DNA of 19,752 bases from a candidate division WOR-3 bacterium (GCA_965648915.1 CBFGIV010000042.1:1-19752), one strand, 5' to 3'. Positions 1 to 9,539 are shown, numbered from the stretch's first letter. Notes: generated by a model not told the origin, from the sequence alone. Translations and numbers: made by a program.

Positions 1-34
1 CTTTCTTGTTAAAATGTAAATAAGTCTTTAGCAT
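1..34 (-). CDS. N-terminal fragment of a gene running off the left edge (MLKTYLHFNKK...), product unknown
   Basis: ATG at 34..32 preceded by AAGGAG (plus-strand ctcctt 41-46); frame open to the window edge; only 11 codons visible. Confidence 0.55.
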   Translation of the reverse strand, partial: MLKTYLHFNKK

Positions 35-79
35 GGGTGTCTCCTTTCTTTTTGTTAAACATATGGAAAGGATACACCC
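35..79. promoter_or_regulatory. Inverted repeat (13/14 match) covering the RBS of the left-edge gene; T-tract follows on + strand
   Basis: GGGTGTCTCCTTTC (35-48) vs GAAAGGATACACCC (66-79), 17-nt loop, then TTTTTATTTTTT. Confidence 0.55.
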
Positions 80-211
80 TTTTTATTTTTTCTCAATAAA
101 AATTTACACAAAATATTATACACTACCATATGAGCATTGAGCAACCCGGGCAATCGTTCTTACTTATAATATTGAAACTTAAGGGGATGCCGGCATTGGA
201 AAGAATTTTGA

Positions 212-1054
212 TCAAGCAAATAGTGCTTCGACAAACTCCCTGGGGCGGAAAGGGACGAGGTCATCCAGTTCCTCACCGACACCGAGAAACTCAACCGGGA
301 CATTTAATTCATTAACGATGGGAATGATTGCTCCGCCCTTGGCCGTGCCATCCATCTTGGTCAGGATAATTCCGGTTATGCCAATTGCATTATGGAAGGC
401 CTGAGCCTGTTTTATTGAGTTCTGTCCAAGGGTGGCATCAATGGTCAAAAGAATCCGATCCGGTCCGCCCTCTTTGATCTTACCGATTACCCGTTTGATC
501 TTCTTCAGTTCTTCCATTAGATCGATGCGGGTATGGAGCCTCCCGGCTGTATCAACGATGACACAGTCAAAGTTCCGGGCGCGAGCGTGATTTATTGCAT
601 CAAAGGCAACGCTGGCACCATCCTGTCCTTTTTGCGAGGTGACAATATCAACGCCCGCTTTTTTCGACCAGATCTCAAGTTGAAGACTGGCGGCATCCCG
701 ATAGGTATCACTGCAGGCAACGACTACTTTCTTTTGCTGGCCTGAATAGTAGTGGGCAAGTTTTGCAACGGTTGTGGTCTTGCCCGAACCATTGACCCCG
801 CAGACAAGGATGATTTCGGGCGGCTCAAAACTCTTTGTCGGCATAGGACGGCTGAGGAGGCGGATCATTTCCCCTTTGAGTTTTTCAACAGGATCGGCCG
901 CTGTAGATATTTGCTCAATGAGTTTCCGGGAAAATTTTATCCCGATGTCGGCCAGGATCAAAGTCTGCTCAATCTCGCTGATTTCGCCACTGCGGGCTCT
1001 TTTGAAAATTTCCCGGAGACGGGAAAGGCGCGTTTTAAGGTTTTCCCAGAGCAC
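212..1054 (-). CDS. ftsY: Signal recognition particle receptor FtsY (NG domain only)
   Basis: GVNGSGKTTT, DTYR, DTAGR, TKMDGTAKGG, GVGEELDDL SRP-GTPase motifs; directly downstream of smc with an overlapping GTG start. Confidence 0.97.
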   Translation of the reverse strand: MLWENLKTRLSRLREIFKRARSGEISEIEQTLILADIGIKFSRKLIEQISTAADPVEKLKGEMIRLLSRPMPTKSFEPPEIILVCGVNGSGKTTTVAKLAHYYSGQQKKVVVACSDTYRDAASLQLEIWSKKAGVDIVTSQKGQDGASVAFDAINHARARNFDCVIVDTAGRLHTRIDLMEELKKIKRVIGKIKEGGPDRILLTIDATLGQNSIKQAQAFHNAIGITGIILTKMDGTAKGGAIIPIVNELNVPVEFLGVGEELDDLVPFRPREFVEALFA

Positions 1055-4000
1055 CAGTTACTTCTTTTAACTTAACCGAGACGATTTTTGATACCCCGGG
1101 TTCTTCCATAGTAACGCCGTAGATGTGATCGGCATATTCCATCGTAACTTTATTATGGGTAATCAGAAGGATTTGAGTTCGGGTGGAGAGATTGCGGATA
1201 AATTCTGAAAATCGAAGAACATTAGAGTCATCAAGGGGCGCATCAATCTCATCGAGAATACAGAAGGGTGAGGGTCGGACAAAGTAGAAGGCAAAGAGCA
1301 GACTGATGGCGAGAAGGGTCCGTTCCCCACCGGAAAGTTGTCCGATATGCTTCAGTTTTTTACCCATCGGCCGGGCAACGATCTCGATATCGGATTCGAA
1401 GGGGGCGGTTTCATCAACGAGATAGATATCGGCTTCACCACCCACAAAGAAATTCTGGAAGACCTTTTTGAACTCTTCCCGAACCATTTGAAAGGTCTTA
1501 TTGAATGATTCCTTTGCCTCCTGGTCCAATTCTTTGATTGATGCCTCGATGGTATTTTTGGCGGCTATGACATCATCGCGCTGGCGTAATAGTTCATCAA
1601 GCCGTTTTTTTTCAGTTTCATATTCAGTTATACTCAGCGGGTTTATTGGACCGAGTCTTTCAATCCGGGCAACAAGTTCGGCATGCTTTTCCTCGACATT
1701 TTCGATCTCTTCGATCGGGGCAGTTTTAAGATCCACACCGTATTCCTGCTGGGATTGATCAAGACACTGCTTCAGTTGCTGTTCTGTCTCGAATAGAGCC
1801 ATCCGTGCTTTAAGGAGGTCTTCGCGTTTTGTTTCAAGGTTTGACCTTAAGTCATTGAGTGCAGAGAGTAACTCCTCCTGAATTTTTATCTTATGCTCCA
1901 TATTCTGGACCGAATAATCTTTCTCTTTTTCGGCCAGGGCCGATTTTCTTAAATTCACATCGTCAACGAGTTTTTTCAGTGAGTCATCGATGGCTGATTC
2001 TTCCTCCTCGAGATGGAGATTCGACTGCTCAAGTTGAGCAACCTCTTCCTGGCTGGATTGATATTGATTTTTGAGTTCAGCTATTTCCCGATTTAAACTG
2101 TTGACTTTTTCTTCGATACGGGCAAGGGTCGTGCGTACTTCTGAGGTGGCGTCGATTAATCTGCGATACTCATCTTCATCCTTGATAATTTCATCTTCGA
2201 GATGCTTAATTTCGAGTGCGATTGTCTCATAGGATTTTTCGTCCAGTTCCAGACTCTGGGCAAGTTCGTTTTCGATCGCGGTTAGTTGATTTTTGATTTC
2301 TTTGATCTCGTCTTTGAGGATAGCAACTTGGTGATGGTTCCTTTCCTGCTGGGAGTCAATCTCACCGATTTTAACTTCGAGCCCGGCAATCTCAGTGGCA
2401 AGATGCATCAGGTCGTGGCGGGCCTGGTCCAGCTCCTTTTCGATTTGCCTTCGTTCGGTTTCAAGGCGAGTCCGCTCCTGGGTCCGGAAGAGTGACTCAT
2501 TGTTTAAGTTTTCGATCTGTTCGGTAAGTTGCTCAATTTTATGATGCATTGTGGCGATATCTTCTGGCGGCCCATTAATAATCACCATTCCCCCGTGGAT
2601 AACGACTCCGTCCTTGGTGACAAAGAAAGAATCAGGTTCTTCACGAGATGCGGCCAGGCCTGATGTCAGATCCGAAACAATGATAAAATTATTCAAATAT
2701 CGTTTAAGCGGAGTCAGTGGGTCATTTAAATGAACATAATTGAGTAAACTATTGCTCCGCAGGACAGGATTTTCCACATTCGCTTTCAGTAAAAAACCAA
2801 TCCGGCCCGCATCCTTCAGGCTAAGGATGTCCTCTTCACCGATATGATCAACAAGATAAAAATTTATGATCTCGCCCAGTGCAGCGCAGACGGCAATTTC
2901 AAAACCGGTATCAATCTTAATTCCTTCAAAGATGAGTCCGTGATAACGCTCCTGGAAGAGATTTTTAATTTTCTCGATCGGACTGCGCTTTAACTTAACA
3001 TTCAGCGTTTCGCGTTCAAATTTAAGTTCGGAGATCAGTGTCTCCAATCTTTTAATCTCGGTCTCATTGGTATCAAAAAGACCAATGTTATTTTCTAAGA
3101 GGGTCTTTTTCTGATTGATAATTTTATTCAATTCAACTTCTTGCTCCTGTTGAATTTGAAGTTTTCTGAGAAGTTCCTGGCGTTGCTGGTCGAGGGTACT
3201 TATTGCTAAAAGCAGATTATTCTGCTCCTCAGATACTCTTTGCCCGAGGGTATTCAGGTTAGTCTGATCGGCCTTCTTCTGGTTTATACTCACCATACGC
3301 TGGTAGCGAACCTCATCCATATCTTTTAGTATCTTCCTCTTCTCTTCGAGCAGGGAACGATGGCGAAAGATGCGGATTTCAAGTTCCTTCATCTGATTTT
3401 CACTCGTTTTAAAATCTTTTTTAACGATTTCTTCTTCTCCGTACATCTTTTCAATTTCCTTCTCACGGATGTCTATTTTTTTGAGAAGGGTTTCGATCTC
3501 GGCGTTTTTTGAATTTATCTGATTTTTATTTATCTCGATTGTGCGCTGAATCTTCTCTTTTCTATCTTTCAAATCGGCAATTGCCATTTCGTCACTGGCT
3601 ATTGTCTCTTTTGTTTCCGTCAACTGGCTCAACAATTCTTCGTGTTCCAATCTGATCTTGTCGATTTCGTTCTTCAGGCCGGTCAGTTCGTTCTCTCGGG
3701 TTTTAATCTCGGAAAGAATCTGTCGTTCTTCCCGGGTGAGTTGATTGAGATGGTCCTGTTGTTCAAGCAAGAGCCGGTCCAGTTCAAGGGAACGTTTTCT
3801 TAGAAGGTAGAGATTAATCTTCTTCAGTCGATTTTTGAGTTCTTCAAAAATCTGGGCCCTGCGCGCCTGACGCCTCAGGGATCGCACAACCCGTTCGACT
3901 TCGCTCAGGAGATCCTGAAGGCGCAGGAGGTCCTGTTCGGTTGCGCGCAGTTTGCGCTGGGATGCCTCACGCCGTTCACGATAGAGTGCGATCCCGGCAG

Positions 4001-4475
4001 CATCTTCAAACATTTCACGAATTTCACGCCCGGCGATAATATTCTCGATCTCCTCTCTCTCCAGGATTGAATAACTTAAAGCCCCGCTGTTGAGAAATAG
4101 ATCCTGGATGTCCATAAGTCGCACCTGGGAACGGTTGATATAGAATTCGCTATCACCGGAACGGTAGAAACGTCTCTTGATTTCGATCTCCTCTCCGTAC
4201 TGAGGGAAATAGCCATCATTTTCCATAATGAGGCAGACTTCGGTGTAACCAAGATTTTTCTTTTCGTCCAGACTGGTAAATATGAGATCTTCAACTTTGG
4301 AACATCTCAGTTTTTTCAGGCTCTGTTCACCTAAGATCCAGCGCAGGGCATCGATAATATTGGATTTACCGGTACCATTTGGTCCGACAATGGCGGTGAT
4401 CCCGGTTCCGTACTGGATGCGGGTTTCGAGGGGGAATGATTTAAAGCCAAAGAGGATAAGTTCTTTTATCTTCAT
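1035..4475 (-). CDS. smc: Chromosome segregation ATPase SMC
   Basis: GFKSF, Walker A GPNGTGKSN, long coiled coils around a central hinge, LSGGE signature, Walker B ILDEIDAPLD, LITH; 1146 aa. Confidence 0.97.
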   Translation of the reverse strand: MKIKELILFGFKSFPLETRIQYGTGITAIVGPNGTGKSNIIDALRWILGEQSLKKLRCSKVEDLIFTSLDEKKNLGYTEVCLIMENDGYFPQYGEEIEIKRRFYRSGDSEFYINRSQVRLMDIQDLFLNSGALSYSILEREEIENIIAGREIREMFEDAAGIALYRERREASQRKLRATEQDLLRLQDLLSEVERVVRSLRRQARRAQIFEELKNRLKKINLYLLRKRSLELDRLLLEQQDHLNQLTREERQILSEIKTRENELTGLKNEIDKIRLEHEELLSQLTETKETIASDEMAIADLKDRKEKIQRTIEINKNQINSKNAEIETLLKKIDIREKEIEKMYGEEEIVKKDFKTSENQMKELEIRIFRHRSLLEEKRKILKDMDEVRYQRMVSINQKKADQTNLNTLGQRVSEEQNNLLLAISTLDQQRQELLRKLQIQQEQEVELNKIINQKKTLLENNIGLFDTNETEIKRLETLISELKFERETLNVKLKRSPIEKIKNLFQERYHGLIFEGIKIDTGFEIAVCAALGEIINFYLVDHIGEEDILSLKDAGRIGFLLKANVENPVLRSNSLLNYVHLNDPLTPLKRYLNNFIIVSDLTSGLAASREEPDSFFVTKDGVVIHGGMVIINGPPEDIATMHHKIEQLTEQIENLNNESLFRTQERTRLETERRQIEKELDQARHDLMHLATEIAGLEVKIGEIDSQQERNHHQVAILKDEIKEIKNQLTAIENELAQSLELDEKSYETIALEIKHLEDEIIKDEDEYRRLIDATSEVRTTLARIEEKVNSLNREIAELKNQYQSSQEEVAQLEQSNLHLEEEESAIDDSLKKLVDDVNLRKSALAEKEKDYSVQNMEHKIKIQEELLSALNDLRSNLETKREDLLKARMALFETEQQLKQCLDQSQQEYGVDLKTAPIEEIENVEEKHAELVARIERLGPINPLSITEYETEKKRLDELLRQRDDVIAAKNTIEASIKELDQEAKESFNKTFQMVREEFKKVFQNFFVGGEADIYLVDETAPFESDIEIVARPMGKKLKHIGQLSGGERTLLAISLLFAFYFVRPSPFCILDEIDAPLDDSNVLRFSEFIRNLSTRTQILLITHNKVTMEYADHIYGVTMEEPGVSKIVSVKLKEVTGALGKP

Positions 4476-5446
4476 TCCGGTCTACCAAGATAGATTTCTC
4501 GCTCAAGAAATGGATGGTATTCACTCCAGCCCGTTTCCCGGTCGGTCTCACGTTTCAAGGTTTCAAGAATCATTTCCGCCTTACTATCGAGATTATCGAT
4601 AAAATGGAGAAGCAGGGCCTCTAAGAACATAGGTTTGATTGGCGATCCCCATTCGATCTCCCCATGATGACTGATGACCATATGGAGAAGCCGGCTGGCA
4701 AGTTCTTCCGGGAAGCCTTTAATCTGTTCAATCTGGTTTTTAATGATTTCATAACTGATAACAATATGCCCGAGCAATTTGCCCCGATCTGTTCCCCGGA
4801 TCTGGTTCTTAAAGGAAAATTCATAAACTTTGCCGATATCATGAAGGACAGCGCCAACCAGAAGTAAATCTCGATCGACTCTGGGATAGATCGGGCTGAG
4901 AGCCTGAGCGATTTTAGCCGTTGAGAGCGTATGCTCAAGCAGGCCGCCAATCCGGGCGTGATGTGCTTTAAGCGCTGCCGGTGCATTTTTAAAACTGTCG
5001 ATAAATTGCTGCTGTTCAACAGACTTTGGCTCATTCGGGAAGAGATTATCAAACAATTTTTTGAGAAATGGATTTTTGAGGTCGGCACAGGTTTTCAGCA
5101 GTTCTTGATACATCTCATCAATATCACGGTCAGTTCTGGGCAGAAAGTCGGCCGGGTCAATATCTTCTTCTGGAGTTAGATTTATATTCTGAACCGATAC
5201 CTGGGGTCGCCCGTTGTATTCACGGATCATACCGGTAATGAAGACAAATTGACCGGTTCGGAAATTCCGGTTTATCTCCTCAGCATCTTCCCAGAGGACC
5301 CCTTCAATCGTCCCGGTCCGGTCGCTGATTTCGAGTGTTAGAAAATACCCGCCCCCCTTCTTTTCTCTAATAACTTTTCGACTCAGAAGAAAAGTCTCAC
5401 GGATTTCGTCGCCAATCTTCAGATCGGCGACATACTGTCCCTTCAT
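4472..5446 (-). CDS. yhaM: YhaM/CBF1-family 3'-5' exoribonuclease (OB-fold + HD domain)
   Basis: N-terminal OB fold (LEISDRTGTI), PAA..HHA..GGLLEHT, LHDIGK, LLGHI, SHHG..EWGSP, DNLD; ATGA overlap with smc. Confidence 0.9.
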   Translation of the reverse strand: MKGQYVADLKIGDEIRETFLLSRKVIREKKGGGYFLTLEISDRTGTIEGVLWEDAEEINRNFRTGQFVFITGMIREYNGRPQVSVQNINLTPEEDIDPADFLPRTDRDIDEMYQELLKTCADLKNPFLKKLFDNLFPNEPKSVEQQQFIDSFKNAPAALKAHHARIGGLLEHTLSTAKIAQALSPIYPRVDRDLLLVGAVLHDIGKVYEFSFKNQIRGTDRGKLLGHIVISYEIIKNQIEQIKGFPEELASRLLHMVISHHGEIEWGSPIKPMFLEALLLHFIDNLDSKAEMILETLKRETDRETGWSEYHPFLEREIYLGRPE

Positions 5447-5451
5447 CCAGA

Positions 5452-6504
5452 TTACCCTTCAAGCCGCAGGATCTTTTTCTTTATTAGCTCGAGACGATCA
5501 TGCAGTGCCTTCTCTTCCTGTCGGTCAAGTTCGAGTTTTTTGACGATCTCTTCGCGCTGTGCTATTAAGACATCAATCTCCTTTGTAATCTGGGCTTGAT
5601 TCGATTTCAGGGTCTCAAGTTTTTTAACAAGATCGGCTTCCGCAACTTTTAATTTTTCGATTGACTGCGCCACCGGGTGCTGGGCAATCTGTTGCATATG
5701 GGATTCGTATTCTTTCTTTATGTTATCCAGAGATATTTGAGATTCAGCGATTTCTTTCTCCAGGGTACTCTTCTGTTCGGTAAGTTTTTCAATTTCTTGA
5801 TGGATATTTTCTTCCTCCTTTTTCAATTGAGTTATCTTGGGCGCAAAGAGGTGTTCCTGTTTTTCCACCAGTTCATCCAGGACCCTTCTCTTCATCGAAC
5901 CAGCCCCACCCATTACAATGAATGAAAGGACAACCGCAAAGATTAAACCGATGACCAGGATCAGAGGCGATTTTGCTGACTGGACCGGCCGGGAATGGGT
6001 AAAGGCGGGAGAGAGATTGACTTTGGCACCAAGGAAGAGACCGCCGATTCTTCGGGCAGAACTTATGACGGGCATGGCAATATTTATTATTTTAATATTG
6101 CCGCTTGTGGACTCCTGGATTAATAGAGGTTCACTGGTCAGGGGCTTTAAATTTGCAGGTCCTCGGTACGGCTTACCGATCTGGGTACTATCCAGAGAGC
6201 CGATTAATATGTCCTTACTATTGGTGATATTAATATAGAGAAGGTCTGATTCCAACCCTTTACATTTTTGAAGGAAGGGATTCAAGATAGTATTATCTTC
6301 GAGAGATATGGCGTCAAGCACAATATCGGAGTTGGCAATCAAACGGGCAACACTGCAGAATCGATCTTTAATCAGAGTTAGATAATTGGGGTCGAGGGTA
6401 TTTGACTTCGAACCCTGAGCAGGAGATTGAGGAACGAGGTAGACAATTACGGTCAGAAGGGCAATACCGATGAATGTGATTATGAATAGTCCGAATTTAG
6501 ACAT
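5452..6504 (-). CDS. Hypothetical membrane protein: TM, Cache-like periplasmic domain, TM, cytoplasmic coiled coil
   Basis: Two hydrophobic segments; LLYINITNSKDILIGSLDSTQIGKPY...IAMPV..RIGGLFLG resembles single-Cache sensors; heptad-rich C-terminus; AGGAG RBS at 6515-6511. Confidence 0.75.
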   Translation of the reverse strand: MSKFGLFIITFIGIALLTVIVYLVPQSPAQGSKSNTLDPNYLTLIKDRFCSVARLIANSDIVLDAISLEDNTILNPFLQKCKGLESDLLYINITNSKDILIGSLDSTQIGKPYRGPANLKPLTSEPLLIQESTSGNIKIINIAMPVISSARRIGGLFLGAKVNLSPAFTHSRPVQSAKSPLILVIGLIFAVVLSFIVMGGAGSMKRRVLDELVEKQEHLFAPKITQLKKEEENIHQEIEKLTEQKSTLEKEIAESQISLDNIKKEYESHMQQIAQHPVAQSIEKLKVAEADLVKKLETLKSNQAQITKEIDVLIAQREEIVKKLELDRQEEKALHDRLELIKKKILRLEG

Positions 6505-6565
6505 ATTTAACTCCTATCGTTTAATTAGGTTATTAAAAAATGATAGATTCAAGTATGATAAATCA

Positions 6566-6593
6566 ATTATAGCCATAATGCTTGATATGTCAA
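6566..6593 (-). promoter_or_regulatory. Sigma70-type promoter for the 6504-gene/yhaM/smc/ftsY operon
   Basis: TTGACA (6593-6588), 16 nt, TATAAT (6571-6566). Confidence 0.75.
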
Positions 6594-6619
6594 GACAAAA
6601 TTACCGCTCGATTTTTTCT

Positions 6620-6648
6620 TTGACAATCTTATGAATTCCGATTATAAT
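6620..6648 (+). promoter_or_regulatory. Sigma70-type promoter for efp
   Basis: TTGACA (6620-6625), 17 nt, TATAAT (6643-6648). Confidence 0.8.
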
Positions 6649-6718
6649 TATAAGAATTTTTTCTTAACTCTTTCAGGAATTAAGATGTTTATTTTGTAAG
6701 CAACTTTATGGAGGCATT

Positions 6719-7282
6719 ATGGTTATTGCAGCCGAACTGAAGACCGGTATGACTATTAAGTTAGAAAAAGAACTCTATAAAGTTATTACAGCTGAATTTA
6801 AGGCCGGAACGGCCAAACTCGGTTCGCTGGTCAATACCAAACTGAGAAATATCAAGACCCATACTATTACCGAGAGGCGTTTTCACCCTGAAGAGCGTCT
6901 GGAAGATGTTATGCTTGAGACCCAGACCATGGAATTTATCTATCGGGACGGCACCGATTTTTGCTTTATGCATCCCGAAAGTTTTGAACAGGTAATGGTT
7001 GATTGGAAGAAGATCGGAGATTTTGAGAAGTTTTTGACCACAGGCACGAGGTTGCGCATCCAGTTTTATGAGGGTGTGCCCATTGATGTTATCATCCCGG
7101 AGACGGTCGAAATTAAAGTGGCATCAACCGGCGAAGGGATTAAGGGCGAAGTTGATGCCGCTTACAAATCGGCGATTCTCGAAAATGGGATGGAGATACA
7201 GGTTCCCCAGTTTATCAAATCGGGAGATGTTATCAAGGTTGAGGTAGCAACTCGAAGATACTTAGAAAGGGTAAAAGGGTAG
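6719..7282 (+). CDS. efp: Elongation factor P family protein with a non-canonical loop
   Basis: 187 aa; LKTGMTI, KLRNIKT, FMHPESFEQ, LENGMEIQVPQFIKSGD..V...YLER; GGAGG RBS; the usual PGKG loop is replaced by AGTAKLG. Confidence 0.9.
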   Translation: MVIAAELKTGMTIKLEKELYKVITAEFKAGTAKLGSLVNTKLRNIKTHTITERRFHPEERLEDVMLETQTMEFIYRDGTDFCFMHPESFEQVMVDWKKIGDFEKFLTTGTRLRIQFYEGVPIDVIIPETVEIKVASTGEGIKGEVDAAYKSAILENGMEIQVPQFIKSGDVIKVEVATRRYLERVKG

Positions 7283-7293
7283 GGGGACCAGAA

Positions 7294-8289
7294 TCAACAG
7301 ATCCTCGGAAGCATTTCGGTCTCGAGCATAAGGAGCGGTCTTAAACCGCCGATAAGGGTCCTGAGATAGACACCCTTAGGTTTTTTAACAACCTGACCGA
7401 TTATCTTTGCCTCTTTACCCAGTTGGTCACTCTTCATCACCCGGATAAGTCTTTCACTATACTTTGAGTCAACAATTGCAATCAACTTCCCTTCGTTGGC
7501 AACATAGAGGGGATCGAGACCAAGAAGTTCACAGGCACCCGCAACCTCTTTTTTGATGGGGAGAGAGGCTTCGTCAATAATGATACCGAGGTTGGTCTTC
7601 TCGCTGATTTCATTTAAGGTAGTTGCGACACCGCCCCGGGTAGGGTCACGGAGCATACGGATCGATTTTTTATTAACCTTCAACATTTTTTGAACAAGAG
7701 AATTTAGTGCTGCACAATCGCTGCTGAGTTTCATCGAAAGTCCAAGTTTTAATCGTTTATTCAGGACGGCGATGCCATGGTCTCCGATTGTGCCGTTTAT
7801 CAGGATGAGATCGCCGGGCTCGACATTGTGGTAGGAGAGGCTGACCCCTTTCGGGATGACGCCAATGCCTGAAGTGGTAATAAATATACCATCCGCACTA
7901 CCCCGTTCAACAACTTTGGTATCGCCGGCAACGATTTTAACTCCTGCCTTCCTGGCAGATATTTGGGCCGAGACGCAGATCTTATGCAGATCATCGATAG
8001 CAAAACCTTCTTCGATTATATAGGTGATTGAGATATACTTAGGGATGGCCCCTTTCATTGCCAGATCATTGACCGTTCCACAGATTGATAGTTTACCGAT
8101 ATCTCCGCCCGGAAAGAAGAGGGGTTTGACGACATAAGAATCGGTCGTGAAGGCCAGTGAGCCAATTTCTGCAGAATCTTCAAGTTCCCGGAGAATTTTA
8201 TTGTTAAATATCTTTAAGAATATTTCCTTGATCAGGCGATGGGTAAGGACACCACCGCTACCATGGTTTAACTTTATCTCTCTTTCCAT
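7294..8289 (-). CDS. hypE: Hydrogenase maturation carbamoyl dehydratase HypE
   Basis: HGSGG, FTTDSYVV.PLFFPGGDIG, GTVNDLA, GDTKVV, RDPTRGG, ANEG, C-terminal PRIC. Confidence 0.97.
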   Translation of the reverse strand: MEREIKLNHGSGGVLTHRLIKEIFLKIFNNKILRELEDSAEIGSLAFTTDSYVVKPLFFPGGDIGKLSICGTVNDLAMKGAIPKYISITYIIEEGFAIDDLHKICVSAQISARKAGVKIVAGDTKVVERGSADGIFITTSGIGVIPKGVSLSYHNVEPGDLILINGTIGDHGIAVLNKRLKLGLSMKLSSDCAALNSLVQKMLKVNKKSIRMLRDPTRGGVATTLNEISEKTNLGIIIDEASLPIKKEVAGACELLGLDPLYVANEGKLIAIVDSKYSERLIRVMKSDQLGKEAKIIGQVVKKPKGVYLRTLIGGLRPLLMLETEMLPRIC

Positions 8290-8309
8290 AAAGACTCTTC
8301 TGACTGAAA

Positions 8310-9395
8310 TTATTTTCTTTCATACTTATAATAAGCCGCACAACTACCTTCTGAAGAGACCATGCATGGTCCAACTGGATTGGTCGGGGTGCAGACCCGG
8401 CCAAAGAGTCTGCAATCAAATGGTATTCTGGCACCGATCAATATCTGGCCGCAGAGACAATCCTTGTGTTCTTTTGCCTTTCTTATCTTAATAGGGAATT
8501 CCTGCTCAGCGCTGAATTGAGTAAATCTGTTCTTTAATTTTAATCCTGAGTCGGAGATCTCACCCAGTCCCCGCCAGTGGGCCGGGGTTCGTTCAAAGAC
8601 TTCGTTCATTATCTTCTGTGCAATAATATTGCCTTCCGGGTGGACAACCCGCTGATACTGGATTTCAATCTTTGGTTTCTTATCTTTTATCTGCCTTAGC
8701 AGTAAAACTATCCCTTCGAGGATATCAATCGGCTCAAAACCAGTAATGGCACAGGGAAGACCATATTCCCGGGCTAAAAATTCATAGGCCCGGGAACCGA
8801 TAATTGTTGAAACATGGCCGGGAAGAATTAAACCATCGATTCTGACTTTTTTCATCTCCGCGATTGCCCTGAGGGCCGGAGGGACAAGTTTGAAGGCTTG
8901 AATAATATAGAAATTATTTAAGCGCAGATTTTTTTGCGCCATCTTTATAGTTGCTGCCACTGTCGGGATGGTTGTTTCAAAGCCGACGCCAATGAAGACA
9001 ACCCGTTTATCAGGATTCTGGTTTGCTATTTTAAGGGCATCAGTTGGGGCATAGACAACTTTTGTCTTTTCAATTTTCAGGGTTCCTTTTGAACCCGGGA
9101 CCTTAACCATATCACCAAAGGTTGTAATTATGACATCCTTACATTCTGCCACCTCAATTGCATAATCGATTGTCTCCTGAGGTGTCACACAGACCGGACA
9201 GCCCGGTCCGGAGAGGAGAAAGAGTCTTTCGGGCAGGATTTTACGCAACCCCCAGCGTGATATGGCCATTGTGTGGGTCCCACAGACTTCCATAAGTGCA
9301 ACCCGGGTGCCGATTTCCTTGAGTAGGCGCCTGATCTCCAAAACTAATTTCCGGGCGATATCAGGATGGCGGAAAAATTCAAAGGTCTTTTCCAT
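8310..9395 (-). CDS. hypD: Hydrogenase maturation protein HypD
   Basis: MEVCGTHT, SGPGCPVC, GFETT, PGHVS, GFEP and Cys-rich C-terminus (..GPCMVSSEGSC). Start moved from 9506 to ATG 9395 because the extension spans two promoters. Confidence 0.95.
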   Translation of the reverse strand: MEKTFEFFRHPDIARKLVLEIRRLLKEIGTRVALMEVCGTHTMAISRWGLRKILPERLFLLSGPGCPVCVTPQETIDYAIEVAECKDVIITTFGDMVKVPGSKGTLKIEKTKVVYAPTDALKIANQNPDKRVVFIGVGFETTIPTVAATIKMAQKNLRLNNFYIIQAFKLVPPALRAIAEMKKVRIDGLILPGHVSTIIGSRAYEFLAREYGLPCAITGFEPIDILEGIVLLLRQIKDKKPKIEIQYQRVVHPEGNIIAQKIMNEVFERTPAHWRGLGEISDSGLKLKNRFTQFSAEQEFPIKIRKAKEHKDCLCGQILIGARIPFDCRLFGRVCTPTNPVGPCMVSSEGSCAAYYKYERK

Positions 9396-9402
9396 AATTG
9401 GT

Positions 9403-9430
9403 ATTATAATTCGAAAAATTCCATAATCAA
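9403..9430 (-). promoter_or_regulatory. Promoter for hypDE, probably leaderless
   Basis: TTGATT (9430-9425), 16 nt, TATAAT (9408-9403), 7 nt, ATG; no SD. Confidence 0.65.
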
Positions 9431-9492
9431 GGAGATTTTGTAGATAGACACAGGCATCGCTTACCACATTTTTCAGGTTTTTTCTATTCTCG

Positions 9493-9520
9493 TTGACAAA
9501 ATTCAAATTTAGAATAGAAT
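9493..9520 (+). promoter_or_regulatory. Promoter for the lemA-htpX operon
   Basis: TTGACA (9493-9498), 16 nt, TAGAAT (9515-9520); AAGGAG RBS downstream. Confidence 0.7.
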
Positions 9521-9539
9521 ATGCTAAAGGAGTTGAAAG

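Noticed and set aside
9396..9506. N-terminal extension of HypD in the ORF track
   Set aside because: It overlaps two divergent promoters, and HypD similarity begins near ATG 9395.
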